From the NCBI GenBank assembly GCA_964016885.1, contig OZ024751.1, positions 33,356,001 to 33,420,000 on the forward strand: 64,000 nucleotides of DNA, read 5' to 3'. The stretch comes from Eledone cirrhosa. Taxonomy: Eukaryota. The position numbers and the translations under genes are program-made. Of this stretch, positions 46,230 through 63,334 are shown piece by piece; positions within the stretch are counted from its first letter, which is position 1; every line of letters begins with the position of its first letter. The notes under the pieces are model-generated. The model was not told where the DNA came from, did not search any database, and saw nothing but the letters and a program-made list of their open reading frames with translations.

Positions 46230-47476
46230 ACATTTCTATCTAGACTAGTATATATATATATATATATATAAGCTATACACAGGCACACGCACACATACAT
46301 ACACATGTGTTGTTGCATGTATGCATGTGTTTGTGAGTGTTCGTGCGTGTATGTAAACACATCGTTAACTTACACGCTAAACTCTTGTATTGTTTAGAGT
46401 ATTGAAACGCCCAAGTATGTTCTAGATTCTCCTGGCCACCGTCCCCCCACTTCACCTTTTTCACGTGAAACTAATAGCTATAACATGTGTAGATTGGTGT
46501 TTGTATAACACCACTCCTGATGCCCCCATTATATATATACACTAGATATACACTCCTCTCGTGCTTTCTGGGATTTCAAATGTGATGATGAAAAAATACA
46601 GTTAGTTTATCAATACTCTCGTTTGAACGAAACTTTCTTTGCTGTCTCTATATTTCTTTCTGTTTTGTTTTCACCTCTCAGCGTAGTCAGGGAGATGGGG
46701 GAAGCTGAGGGTTGGGTGATGGGAATGTTTGAAACAATCTTCACTACATCTGTGCTGGCAGATGCTAGATGAGGCATCACAAGTTTACTTGCCTCAGACA
46801 ATGAAAGAATGTATGCAATTTTGATAAGCTTCAAAAGCAAGATATGACTACTGGCTGAGGCGTCTGTCACTGCAGTCCAGCAGAAGAGAATAATATTAAA
46901 GGAAATAATTTGGAGATGTGTCAAAATCCAGCGCTTGCGTGCAATCAAGACCCAAGTGGTTGCAGAATCGAATCAGACAATTTGAAAATTGTCTTGACCT
47001 AACACAAACGAATATAGAAAAAAGACAAAAAAAGACTGTACAAGCAAGCCATGATATGCTATTAAAGTAATATTCCCCTTTAGCTCCCATTTATTATGAA
47101 AGCTTGTCGCGATTTCATGACACGTGACATGCGCACATCTTGCCATAGAGAGAAGTGAAAGACGAAAGTAACAAACATACACATTCATACACACATATAC
47201 ACAAACCAATACATACATACTCATATATATGTATATACATACATATATATATGTATATACATACTTATATGTATATACATACTTATATATATATATATAT
47301 TCATATATATTTATATATATATATATATATAATATACATGGTGCATTAAGCGAAATGTCTCCAAGACAAACATCTTCGGTATATCAGCCGAATTTAGACA
47401 TTAGTTTCCTTGCTAAAAGCATAGCAAAGTACATAAGATAGTGAAGGAAAGAACAAGATGACATAAACAAACAAAT

Positions 47477-51010
<3,534 letters not shown>

Positions 51011-51038
51011 TATGATATTAACAAATGGAAACTATATA

Positions 51039-51103
51039 TATTTCATTATACATATTTCAAGGACACCAAGTTAAATTATGGTGTGCTTTCATCAGATAAA
51101 ATA
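51039..51103 (-). ncRNA. Type I hammerhead motif (mirror copy)
   Basis: Reverse complement of 51235-51299. Confidence 0.8.
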
Positions 51104-51234
51104 TAATATAGATCAGTTTTATAAATAAATATTGACATACCCTTAAAAAATGCAACCATTGTTGTTGGAAGCCCAACAATGGTTGCATTTTTTAAGGGTA
51201 TGTCAATATTTATTTATAAAACTGATCTATATTA

Positions 51235-51299
51235 TATTTTATCTGATGAAAGCACACCATAATTTAACTTGGTGTCCTTGAAATATGTATAATGAAATA
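51235..51299 (+). ncRNA. Type I hammerhead ribozyme motif with canonical CUGAUGA core
   Basis: Stem I TATTTTAT/ATGAAATA; CTGATGA (51243-51249); stem II AAG-C-ACACCA-loop-TGGTGT-C-CTT; GAAA (51280-51283); TATGTA; AUA triplet. Confidence 0.8.
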
Positions 51300-51487
51300 A
51301 ATATAGTTTTATAAATATAGTTTCCATTTGTTAATATCGTATTTTTACTCCAAATATTTGTTGAGTGCTTTATATCAGTTATAAAACTATTTGCTTGTTG
51401 TATCCCAACAATTTAAATAGAACTTCTACATATATATGCTTTGTTTTTTATTCCATTACACAATTTATAACATTATATAACATATAT

Positions 51488-51656
51488 ATTGGCAGGGTCG
51501 GGCGCCATGCTTTGACGCATAGTTACGGCCCTTGCCATTCTGAGTTCAAACCCCGCCGAGGTTAACTTTGCCTTTCATCCTTACGGGGTCGATAAAATAA
51601 AGTACCAGTAATGTACTGGGTAATTGCTGGCCTTGTGCCAAAAGTAGAAACAATTA
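51488..51656 (+). mobile_element. SINE family A, 5'-deleted
   Basis: Same B-box, core and tail as the other copies. Confidence 0.88.
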
Positions 51657-52150
51657 TATCAATTTATATTGCTCTAAAGCAGTAGTTTTTGAAATGTTGG
51701 CTCATCACCAATTACTGGATTACAAAATAAATTTAAATAAATAAAATAGGCCGTGATATTTTGAAACAATATGCAAATATCTTTTGTGGGACAGAGTAAA
51801 AAAGTATTTTCAATGCTGTTCTTAGCTATTCGTTTATTAAGCAAAGGAAAATATATTCTTGTCGTATTTTGAAAAATATTTATAATTCATAGCCCCAAAG
51901 ATAGACTTTACGTATTTATCTAGATACAAGTTGTTGTGGATTATCTCAGTATACAGAGAATAGATTTGGATTCATCATAAAATATCAACTTAAAATTTAT
52001 ACCTTTGTCACGCGGATATATATAACTTATTCCCTCTTATATATCTTACATTGTGCTTCTAATTGATATGTATAACTTCTTCGTTCTCATATATCTTATA
52101 CTCTCTAGTTGATATATATATATATAGCTTATTCGTACTCATATCTTATA

Positions 52151-52468
52151 CCAACCAACCATCCGACCATCCAACCAACCAACCAACCAACCAACCAACC
52201 AACCAACCAACCATCCAACCATCCGACCAACCAACCAACCAGCCAACCAACCACCCAACCAACCAACCAACCAACCAACCAGCCGACCAACCAGCCAACC
52301 AACCATCCAACCATCCAACCAGCCAACCAACCAGCCAGCCAACCAACCAACCAGCCATCCAACCAACCATCCAGCCATCCAACCAACCAACCATCCAGCC
52401 ATCCAACCAACCAGCCAACCAACCAACCATCCAACCAACCATCCAACCAACCATCCAACCAACCAACC
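52151..52468. repeat. (CCAA)n microsatellite
   Basis: Direct inspection. Confidence 0.96.
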
Positions 52469-53587
52469 GACTTGACTGAGTGACATTGAAATTCGTTACT
52501 TGACAGTAACCTCCTCCTCTTGCTCTCCTTCTCCCCCCCCCCCACCTCAATAATATTGGTTGTGTTTATAAAACGACATGTATGTGACAGGGCCAAGTTT
52601 GAGTCGGTAAGGTTCGGTCAAATGGATATGTCAGGAGGAAGAAAATTATAGAGAACTAATAGCAATATCAAGTTTGTGTGATTAATGATTGTCATTGATG
52701 GTTATGTTGAGCAGTAGATCCTGTCGACAGCAGCGGTGGTGGTGGTGGAAGGGGGAGAGGTGATATAAGGGAGAGGACGGTGGTGGTGGTGGTGGTGGGA
52801 GGGGGAGGGGTGATATAAGGGAGAGGATGAGAGGACGGTGAAGAAGAAGGAGGGGGTTGGTGAAGATATTGTAATGAAAATGAAGAAGGAATCTGTTATT
52901 ACATCCGGGCATTAGGTTTGATCTGAGCTGGGCTGAGCTGAGTTGAGCTGAACTGACGTGAGAAAGGAGAAACTAGAGGAAGAGAAGGAAGAGAGAATAA
53001 GGAAAGAGGAAAAAAACAGTGATGACAGTTAATGGAGGAAGAGGAGGGAGAGGGAATAGAGAAAGGATGGGGAGAGGAGAGAAATGAGAGGAGAGAAGGT
53101 AAGTGAAGGAAAGAGTGTATGAGAGAGAGCAGGGAGAGAGAAATGCGATTTATTAGCGAGTGAAAGAGTGGGAAGTTGAGAAAGAGAAAGAAAGGGAGAG
53201 ATTTATTAGCGAGTGAAAGCGAAATAGAAATGGTGAGAAAGTTAAAGAAGAAAAAGAAAGGAAAACGATGGCAAAAAAAGGGCAAAATGAAGTGAAATAA
53301 GAGAAAATTTAATAATAACTTTGGTATTAGGTGTGACACATGTAAAAATGTGGGCAGAGACAGGGACATCACATTTTCTGACGGATTTGAACTTTTAAAC
53401 AACAGTAAGCTTGTCGAAATAACATAACAACACATATAAATACCTCATATATATATATGTGTATTCCTCCAGCGAACTGAAGAATTCTGATCTAAGGTCT
53501 GTTAGATCAGAGCTGCCCTGGGGCTCAGCAGTTCTGACAACACAGTAACAACAATTAAAATACTTTTAACATACATATGTATGTGTG

Positions 53588-53628
<41 letters not shown>

Positions 53629-53734
53629 AATGAATAATAACAGGTAGACATCATAAAATTACTGCATTCAGGATAATCCTAACCATTTCTTGCATAACCT
53701 TATATATATATTGTTATACTTTGGGAGGGTCATA

Positions 53735-53745
53735 TATATATATAA

Positions 53746-53783
<38 letters not shown>

Positions 53784-55081
53784 TTATATACATATATATA
53801 TATATATAATATATATTATATATATATATATAATATATATATTATATACATATATATATATAATATATATTATATACATATATATAATATATATTATATA
53901 TAATATATATTATATATATATATATAATATATATATTATATATATATAATATATATATATAATATATATTATATATATATATAATATATATTATATATAT
54001 ATATATAATATATATTATATAATATATATTATATATATATATAATATATATTATATATATATTATATATATATTATATACATATATATTATATATATATA
54101 TATAATATATATTATATATATATATATATATAATATATATTATATATATATATATATATAATATATATTATATATATATATATAATATATATTATATACA
54201 TATATATTATATATATATATAATATATATTATATACATATATATTATATATATATATAATATATATTATATACATATATATTATATATATATATATAATA
54301 TATATTATATACATATATATTATATATATATATATAATATATATTATATACATATATATTATATATATATATATAATTGTTTCTACTTTAGGCACAAGGC
54401 CAGCAATTACCCAGTGCATTACTGGTACTTTTATTTTATCGACCCCGTAAGGATGAAAGGCAAAGTCAACCTCGGCGGGATTTGAACTCAGATCGTAAAG
54501 GTACGTAACTATGCTGGAAAGCATGGCGTCCGACCCTCTACCGATACTGCCAATCCACCACCCTTTATATATAATATATATTATATACATATATATTATA
54601 TATATATAATATATATTATATACATATATATTATAAATGTATTTATATTATATACATATATATTATATATGTATATATATTATATACATATATTATATAC
54701 ATATATATTATATATGTATATATATTATACGTATATATATTATATACATATATATTATATAAATATATATTATATATGTATAGATATATTATATACATAT
54801 ATATTATATAAATATATATTATATATGTATATATATATATATTATATATGTATATATATATATATTATATATGTATATTTATATATATACATATATATAT
54901 ATATTATATACATATATATTATATATATATTATATACATATATATTATATATATATTATATACATATATATATTATATACATATATATTATATATATATT
55001 ATATACATATATATTATATATAGATATATATTATATATGTATATATATTACATACATATATATTGTATATATATATATATG

Positions 55082-55130
<49 letters not shown>

Positions 55131-55186
55131 ATATATATATACATATATATTATATATCTATATATATTACATACATATATATTGTA

Positions 55187-55227
<41 letters not shown>

Positions 55228-55255
55228 GTTATATATATATATATATATATATATG

Positions 55256-55342
<87 letters not shown>
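53735..55342. repeat. (TA)n-derived array interrupted by a SINE
   Basis: Direct inspection. Confidence 0.95.
54374..54563 (-). mobile_element. SINE family A inside a TA-rich array
   Basis: Full-length reverse-complement copy. Confidence 0.9.
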
Positions 55343-55344
<2 letters not shown>

Positions 55345-55751
55345 AGAAAGAGAAATTCGGTCGGTTGGGGCGGCTTAAATATAATATGATGGTGTTCCGT
55401 TCAATTGACATCATAAAGATACATGGTAGAAATGTTTCTTGTTGATCACAATGACCGTGTCAGAATGACTGTAATAAATCTGACATTAACCAGAATTAAA
55501 AACGCCATCCTACCACACAATCTCCTCCCATTTTTATCTCTCCTCCCTTTTTGTGTCCTGCTCCTCCCCCACCTCTCTCACACACTCTTCCTATCTTACT
55601 ATCTGCCTCTCTATCTATCTCTCTGTCTGTTTCATGTTTAGACTGTATTTTTATTATTGTCTCTCATTGTATTTCCTCTTCCTTCTTAGTCTCTCTCTCT
55701 CTTTTCATCTCGTTCCCTCACTTTCTTTCACCCTTTTCTTTGTATTTTCAA

Positions 55752-55824
<73 letters not shown>

Positions 55825-55941
55825 ATATATATCTCTATATATATCTATATATATCTATATATATATCTATATATATATATATATATATCTATATATATAT
55901 ATATCTATATATATATATCTATATATCTATATATATATATA

Positions 55942-55992
<51 letters not shown>

Positions 55993-55994
<2 letters not shown>

Positions 55995-56183
55995 GGGGGG
56001 TGTGCGACCCCCCAAGGCGCCTCCTCTCTATTGAGGATTTTGTTAAAAATTTTATTTTTTGTTATATCTTATTTTATTTTTATATTTTGTTATTGCCTCC
56101 TCCTTATTGAGGACGCCTTTTTGTGTAAACTCCCTCCTTTGTACTTGTCCCACTTTTGATGCCCTAGTGGCAAATAAAAGAAA

Positions 56184-56185
<2 letters not shown>
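55993..56185 (+). mobile_element. Probable retroelement 3' end inserted in (TA)n
   Basis: Unique island between TA tracts with a GGGGGG/CCCCCC hairpin and a terminal TGCC-CTAGT-GGCA hairpin followed by AATAAA. Confidence 0.4.
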
Positions 56186-56224
<39 letters not shown>

Positions 56225-56366
56225 TTTGAGTATATGTTGGTTGTTTACCGACACCTCAGTATGCAGATTGGAGCACTCGACGAAGTACGCAGGTTGGTTT
56301 GGTTACTCCGGAGTAATGTAAAGTAAAACAAATAAGTCAAATGTTTAAAATTTGGCTTCGTTTATT

Positions 56367-56421
56367 ACTGCTATATATATTTCGGTGACAGCCATCTTTG
56401 GCCGTGACCTCTTCAGACAGT
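56367..56421 (-). ncRNA. Type I hammerhead ribozyme motif in a Penelope-type terminal fragment (about 56225-56700)
   Basis: Minus strand reads ACTGT-CTGAAGA-GGT-C-ACGGCCA-aaga-TGGCTGT-C-ACC-GAAA-TATATA-TA-GCAGT, followed immediately by AATAAA. All stems pair. Confidence 0.82.
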
Positions 56422-56925
56422 CTGAATTGGTGTGGTAGAGACGGGTACACATGTTTTTGAGGTGTTTAACTGAAGTCATATGAATTCGAACAAACGAATT
56501 TCGGCGTCACAGGACACTCTCTCATCCCATTGGTCAGTTGTGAGAACATTCCTCAGTCAAAAGTCTATAGAAATTCATTCTGAGGCGAGGCAATCTGTAG
56601 TGGTTGTTTTTGTTATTGTTAAGTACATCTGACCTCTTCCCTTATGTTGGTATGGGTGTTGTTGTTGAGGTCAGCTTAAGTCCGGCTGCTCGTATTTTTA
56701 GAAGAATTTGTGTGTGTGTGTTGGCATCTATCCTGCCACCATTTCTCGTGGTGGTGGGGGGGGGGGCAAGCAGATAAAGAAATAAGATACAGTAAAATAA
56801 AAGGCAATAAAATGAAGAAAATAAAAAATAGAAAAATGAAGAGAAAATAAAATGAAATGAAAATGTAAAAGACTAAAAAAATAAGAATAAAATAAAGAAA
56901 TAAAAAAATAAAATAAGCAAATAAA

Positions 56926-57111
56926 TGTTTCTACTTTGGCACAAGGCCAGCAATACCCCAGTGTATTACTGGTACTTTATTTTATCGACACCGTAAGGAT
57001 TAAAGGCAAAGTCAACCTCAGCCGGATTTGAACTCAGAATAGCAAGTGCCGTAACTCTATGCGTCAAAGCATGGCGTCCGACCCCCTACCGACACTGCCA
57101 ATTCACCGCCC
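56926..57111 (-). mobile_element. SINE family A
   Basis: Full-length reverse-complement copy. Confidence 0.9.
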
Positions 57112-58420
57112 TAAAAAATGATAAAATAATAAAAGGAATAAGATAATAAAAGAATAAAATAAGATAATCAAATAAAATGTGTGTGTGTTATAACCAATCT
57201 CAAAGTTAGAAAGATTTGGAAGATATTGACAGAAGTAGAAAGGCTGTGTCAGAATCAATCTTTTCACTATCATGGTGTGGTGTGTTTTAACAGCAAATGA
57301 GACAAGGGTGGAGTTTAATACCCCAGAACCCGAGTGTTAAAATCCGGAATTGCAGAGGACTACAGTTCCCATTTTGGCATGGAGTTCATATGCGTGTATG
57401 TCAACTCACATCGTTCCAAGCACCCACGCACAGGCACAGGCACAGGCCCAGGTGCATCCCCTAAGCACACACAACCCCCCCCCCCCCCCACACACACACA
57501 CACACACATACACACAAACACACCCATACACACACACACATTATAAACCCACACACACACACCCACATACACACACGTACACACACCCACCCACATCCCC
57601 ACGCACACACACCCACCCGCATACACACATGTAAGTATCTGTGCATGTACAATCTTAAATAACAGTATCTATGTATGGACATATGCATAAGTATGTGTTG
57701 TCTCAGGAGTCTATCGAGACAGTGGTATGGTGGGGCTGCTGTCCTTATAACTAGAGGGAAGTTCCCATCCCACTGTTTTGCTATTGTCCATATAGCTTGA
57801 CACTTAACATGTATGTGTGACCTTAAGTTTCTGGGTCAATTTATGGCCACCCCTGTATAGTGAAGTAGCTGTTCGAAAACTGGCCTCCCTCGTCACAAGG
57901 TCAAATTTCAAGAAAAAAACTCTTACTTTACAAACCTTCCACCACAAGAGCCACCTTTTGTCAAAATCAAACGCTACACACCGAAGTGACTCCTAATCTG
58001 ATCTGCTAAATCCTCTAAGACCCTGTCATCCATACACGCAGAACTTTGACTATACCACATTAGTAAGACATTCTTGAAAAGTACAAAACAGCACAAAACA
58101 GCACTTTGACAAATGAAAGAATTTCTTTCACTTTGGTTTTTGTATTTGTTTTGCTAGATTCTTGATATAGATTTGTGTGTCTTAGTTTTCCCATCGATCT
58201 GGCCACGTGTAAAGATATTAAAAACATTTGATTAACAGACTTATTTTTAGAGAGTTTCTGCTCAATCATTAAAGAATGTTAAGAAATAAGTCATTGACTG
58301 AGAGTCTATCATTTTATTTCTTCCAGATGAAGTTTGTTAATCTCCGAGAGTTATAGATGCTGGCAAACCCTTCTTTTCACGTTTTCACATTCATTTGTTG
58401 CCACACAGACGAAGAACACA

Positions 58421-58475
58421 ATGTCTGTGACAAGATCAACTTCAGAACTGCAAAGTATCATCATTTCCATGCCAG
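58421..58475 (+). CDS. Candidate first coding segment (MSVTRSTSELQSIIISMP) within putative exon 58327-58475 of an unidentified host gene
   Basis: Acceptor ATTTTATTTCTTCCAG| and donor CAG|GTAATT. The ATG has A at -3 and the frame is open to the donor. No family recognised. Confidence 0.35.
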
Positions 58476-58550
58476 GTAATTTATTTCATATATATCTGTG
58501 TTTGTATGTGTGAATATATATATATATATATATATGTGAATATATATATG

Positions 58551-58613
<63 letters not shown>

Positions 58614-59197
58614 AGTCTATGTATTATGTGTATATATAAGTTAATCTATAAACTATATATATGATAATCTATAAACTATATATATGTTAATCCATATACT
58701 ATATATATGTTAATCCATATACTATATATATGTTAATCTCTATATATGTTAATATTATATATACTATATAACATTTTGATAATGAAATAATTAATAGTTG
58801 AAGTTAACTCCTCCATATTCTTCATTAATTAATTAAAATACACTTTATTTCATTGGAAATATGGAAACGAAAGGGTGATGTTTCGCACCAGATCAGCAAT
58901 GGTCGATTAAACCTATAATCAATAACGTTCTAACCATGACCATCCTGTCTCTGCAGATAAATCTGAAGTATATTATCCTATCATTTATTTATTCCCCTCG
59001 TTACTTCTTAACGGTAAATATTATTCTTAAGCTGGCAGCAGATAAAACAATGCCTGCCTACAAGAGCTCCATAAATCTCGCAATATTCCTAGCTCCATCC
59101 CGTCCTATACAGAAAGATTAGACACTTACCAAAAGAACAAAATATACCGTGTCTATGGACGTATTGGAATATGAAGATGATATATATATATATATAT

Positions 59198-59266
<69 letters not shown>

Positions 59267-59753
59267 GCGTGTACATTAAAAGATAGTATAAGTAGTTTTT
59301 CTTAACATGTACCAAGTTCAAATGATAAACTTATGTTCAGTTTATGCAGTCAAAGTTTTCTTACAGAATGTTGATGCCTTTGCTGGTGTCAGATCAAAAA
59401 TAAGGTTTCCCTAATATCAATATCCTTCTGGTATTCCCAGAAACTATTTCAGTACACATTTCTTTCTGCTTTCTGAACCTGAAATATTCTTCCTCGTTTC
59501 GTGTTTTTTTTTTTTTCTTTTTTTCTTTTTTTTTCTTTTTTTTTCTTTTTTTTTCTTTTTTTTTGTTGTTGTTGGTGCGAGGTGTTTTGGTCTTTTTCCG
59601 AGGGGGCAAAAGTACTCAGTATTTTATCGTGAAAGGAGTTAGTATTTGTTATGGAAATAAAATAAATTGACTTCAATGTTACTCTCCATAATACACACAC
59701 ACACACACACACGCACACGTACACGCACACGCACACGCACACACACACTCACT

Positions 59754-59813
<60 letters not shown>

Positions 59814-60075
59814 CACACGTATTGGTTACATCTTTATCTCCGATTTTGACATTGCATTTCGTAGTTTCTCGACTTGATGAACTAAATACCGATAAGAAAG
59901 TTGTACAACAATCGAGATAATCGACTGTTTACGAGAAGTACGTTAGCAGAATTGTTAAAGTGTTAGGTAAAATGACAGGTATTTCACCGGGACTTTAGGA
60001 CCGTGAGACAAACACTATCACTACTGAGCAACACAGCTCCACTGTAAGATAGTCGGAAGTGATTTCAAATCAGAT

Positions 60076-60451
60076 ATATGGTCCAAATGTTTGAAGGGAG
60101 CACATTAAAGGCTCCCTAGCACTAAATAGTGGAAAGAAACTTCGTCCCTCATTAAGGGTTCCAAAGACCTAAAACGTGTGAAAGAAACTTCGCCCCTCAA
60201 CTGCTTTTCGAGGGAATTCTTCATTTATCTACATACAGGTTTAGTTTTGTATTTAGTTTTACTACAAAACCTAAATACAAAACTAAACCTGTATGTTGAT
60301 CAATGCAGAATTCCCTCGAAAAGCAGTTGAGGGGCGAAGTTTCTTTCACACGTTTTAGGTCTTTGGAACCCTTAATGAGGGACGAAGTTTCTTTCCACTA
60401 TTTAGTGGTAGGGAGCCTTTAATGTGCTCCCTTCAAACATTTGGACCATAT
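60076..60451. repeat. Large inverted repeat, about 180-bp arms with a loop of about 14 nt
   Basis: ATATGGTCCAAATGTTTGAAGGGAGCAC... pairs with ...GTGCTCCCTTCAAACATTTGGACCATAT with few mismatches. Followed by CTGA...CGAAA-CACGTG...AATAA. Confidence 0.9.
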
Positions 60452-60605
60452 CTACAAAACCTGATTCATGGAGAGAGTTACGAAACACGTGGAATAATTC
60501 TAACTGGTAACACATGATAAATCATTGAAGAAGGAAGAAGAAAAAAACATATGTTATAAGGGATATATATATATGTGTGTGTGTGTGTGTATAACATTTA
60601 CATAC

Positions 60606-60639
<34 letters not shown>

Positions 60640-61100
60640 ATGTATGTGCACATACAGAGACAGCCACTAGCACACAACTACACCCACTTACAGTAAGTAT
60701 GTATACAGAAAAGCAAAGAGATAAACAAGTTGATATAACCGTATGGAAGGTATGTCAAGTAAACAAAGGCTACATTGGTGATAGCTATAACTGAAGAGAG
60801 CTACATCTATATACACTCACCTACATATACACATATATACATACATGTACTTCATATAGGAATATACACTGTTGATAAGGGTGTTCTTACTTGAAGAGAT
60901 TGTTAACCTACTACTCTGTAACGAAAGAACAAGACAAGAGGACGTTCAGTCATTCTCTAAAGTGTTTAGATATATTTGTGTGTATTTGTTTATTATTCTG
61001 ACACGAGTTTCGTTGTGGTTGCATGCACCTGCATCTGTATTTATTAATGAAAGTTAGTTTCTTGCTTATTTTCTGGCATTAATTTGAATCAAAATTGAAT

Positions 61101-61254
61101 CGGTGGATTGGCAGTATCGGTAGAGGGTCGGACGCCATGCTTTCCAGCATAGTTACGTCCCTTTACGGTCTGAGTTCAAATCCCGCCGAGGTTGACTTTG
61201 CCTTTCATCCTTACGGGGTCGATAAAATAAAGTACCACTAAAGTAGAAACAATT
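61101..61254 (+). mobile_element. SINE family A with an internal deletion of about 31 nt and a 19-bp TSD
   Basis: TSD ATTAATTTGAATCAAAATT at 61078-61096 and 61252-61270. AGTACCA is joined directly to CTAAAGTAG. Confidence 0.9.
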
Positions 61255-61264
61255 AATTTGAATC

Positions 61265-61305
<41 letters not shown>

Positions 61306-61491
61306 CGGGGTAACAGATTATTGTTATAGGTAGTCCACTTAAGTGTAGTCCAGTTAGGGTACTCCGGGTAGTGGAATAACGTGAAAACAAGCGGGTAGCG
61401 ATCTCTAGACCTACCAGTTCAGAGAAACAATTGTCAGCATTGAGATTAAAAACCTTTTTTGTATAGCAAACCGTGTCACTCTTCTTTCCTG

Positions 61492-61529
<38 letters not shown>

Positions 61530-61535
<6 letters not shown>

Positions 61536-61943
61536 TAAAACAATGAAATTTATCAAAAAACGGTTAATTCATAGTAAAACTCATTATTTTACGATCGTTT
61601 CTGGGGAGTAGTTCCCCGTATGTCCATTCTATTATTGATCTATGTAAAATATATTACAAAATATCTTAGTAAGAAAATATACATACGTCTTCACTACCCG
61701 CCGTCTTCAGAAATAATGGGAACAACCCCCCAGAAACGATCGTAAAATAATGAGTTGTACTATGAATTAACCGTTTTTTCTTTAATTTCATAGTTTTACT
61801 ATTTCTATTTTTGACTCTGTATCCAATGAATTATATCGTTGAAAAATTTTGTATTTTAAATTTTGCTTCACGACATCTACATACAGATTACATTGAGTTC
61901 TTCATACGGTTTAGACCCTACCATTAATTGGTGGATTTATCTG
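61530..61943 (+). mobile_element. Foldback element: 87-bp arms (61530-61616, 61718-61804), 101-nt spacer, tail; between (TA)n tracts
   Basis: The arms are imperfect reverse complements and contain GAAA-CGATCG-TA, the 3' half of a hammerhead. Confidence 0.7.
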
Positions 61944-61974
<31 letters not shown>

Positions 61975-62845
61975 TAATATATAATATATATATATCGTAT
62001 ATATATATATATCATATATATATATATATATCATATATATGATATATATATATATATCATATATATATATATGATATATATATATATATATCATATATAT
62101 ATATATCATATATATATATCATATATATATATATATATATCATATATATATATATATATATCATATATATATATATATCATATATATCATATATATATCA
62201 TATATATATATATATATCATATATCATATATATATATATATCATATATATATATATATATATCATATATATATATATATCATATATCATATATATATATA
62301 TATATCATATATATATATATATATATCATATATATATATATATCATATATCATATATATATATATATATCATATATATATATATATATATCATATATATA
62401 TATATATCATATATCATATATATATATATCATATATCATATATATATATATCATATATATATATATCATATATATATATCATATATATATATCATATATA
62501 TATATCATATATATATATCATATATATATATCATATATATATATCATATATATATATATATCATATATATATATATCATATATATATATATCATATATAA
62601 TATATATATCATATATAATATATATATCATATATATATATATCATATATATATATATATATCACATATATATATATCATATATATATATATATATCACAT
62701 ATATATATATCATATATATATATATCATATATATATATATATATCATATATCTATATATATATCATATATATATATATATATATCATATATATATCATAT
62801 ATCATATATATATATATCATATATAAACCATATATATATATATAT
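61944..62845. repeat. (TA)n array with ATCAT units
   Basis: Direct inspection. Confidence 0.96.
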
Positions 62846-62871
62846 AAAGAGAGAGGGAGAGCGAAAGAGTC

Positions 62872-62957
<86 letters not shown>

Positions 62958-63334
62958 GTGGACAAGGTTCATCATCTTGGCGTTATAATTCCCAAGCTAT
63001 ATATATAGATGTAGTGTGAGTGTGTGTGTGTGTTTGTCTGTAGTCATGTGTTGTATGTGTAAGGTGACACAGAAATCAGTGCAGGTTTGTGGCGGCACGG
63101 CCATATTGTATGTGAGTGTATCTGATTGGTAGTGTGTTACTATGTGATAGATGGGTTACAGCCATGATATATACCTAGTTAGGAAGAGATATGATGGATT
63201 ATACGTCTAAGTGATAGCATTACACATGATATATAGTAGCTATGGTTGATAATGTATTATATATGATATACGGTCTACTTGTAATGATAGAGCTAATATA
63301 CGCTTGGATGGTTTATGTATGACACAGCTGATGT

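Larger units (their letters stand above)
51011..51433 (+). mobile_element. Penelope-type pLTR foldback element: inverted repeat 51011-51341 with a 9-nt spacer, plus tail
   Basis: Arms 51011-51164 and 51174-51341, with a small indel in the outer part. The tail 51342-51433 aligns with the reverse complement of 38991-39081. Confidence 0.85.

Noticed and set aside
52063-52596. NQPT/GWLV repeat proteins; also Pro/His-rich ORFs at 17327-17956 and 63313-63966
   Set aside because: Translations of (CCAA)n, the G-rich minisatellite and (GGT)n.
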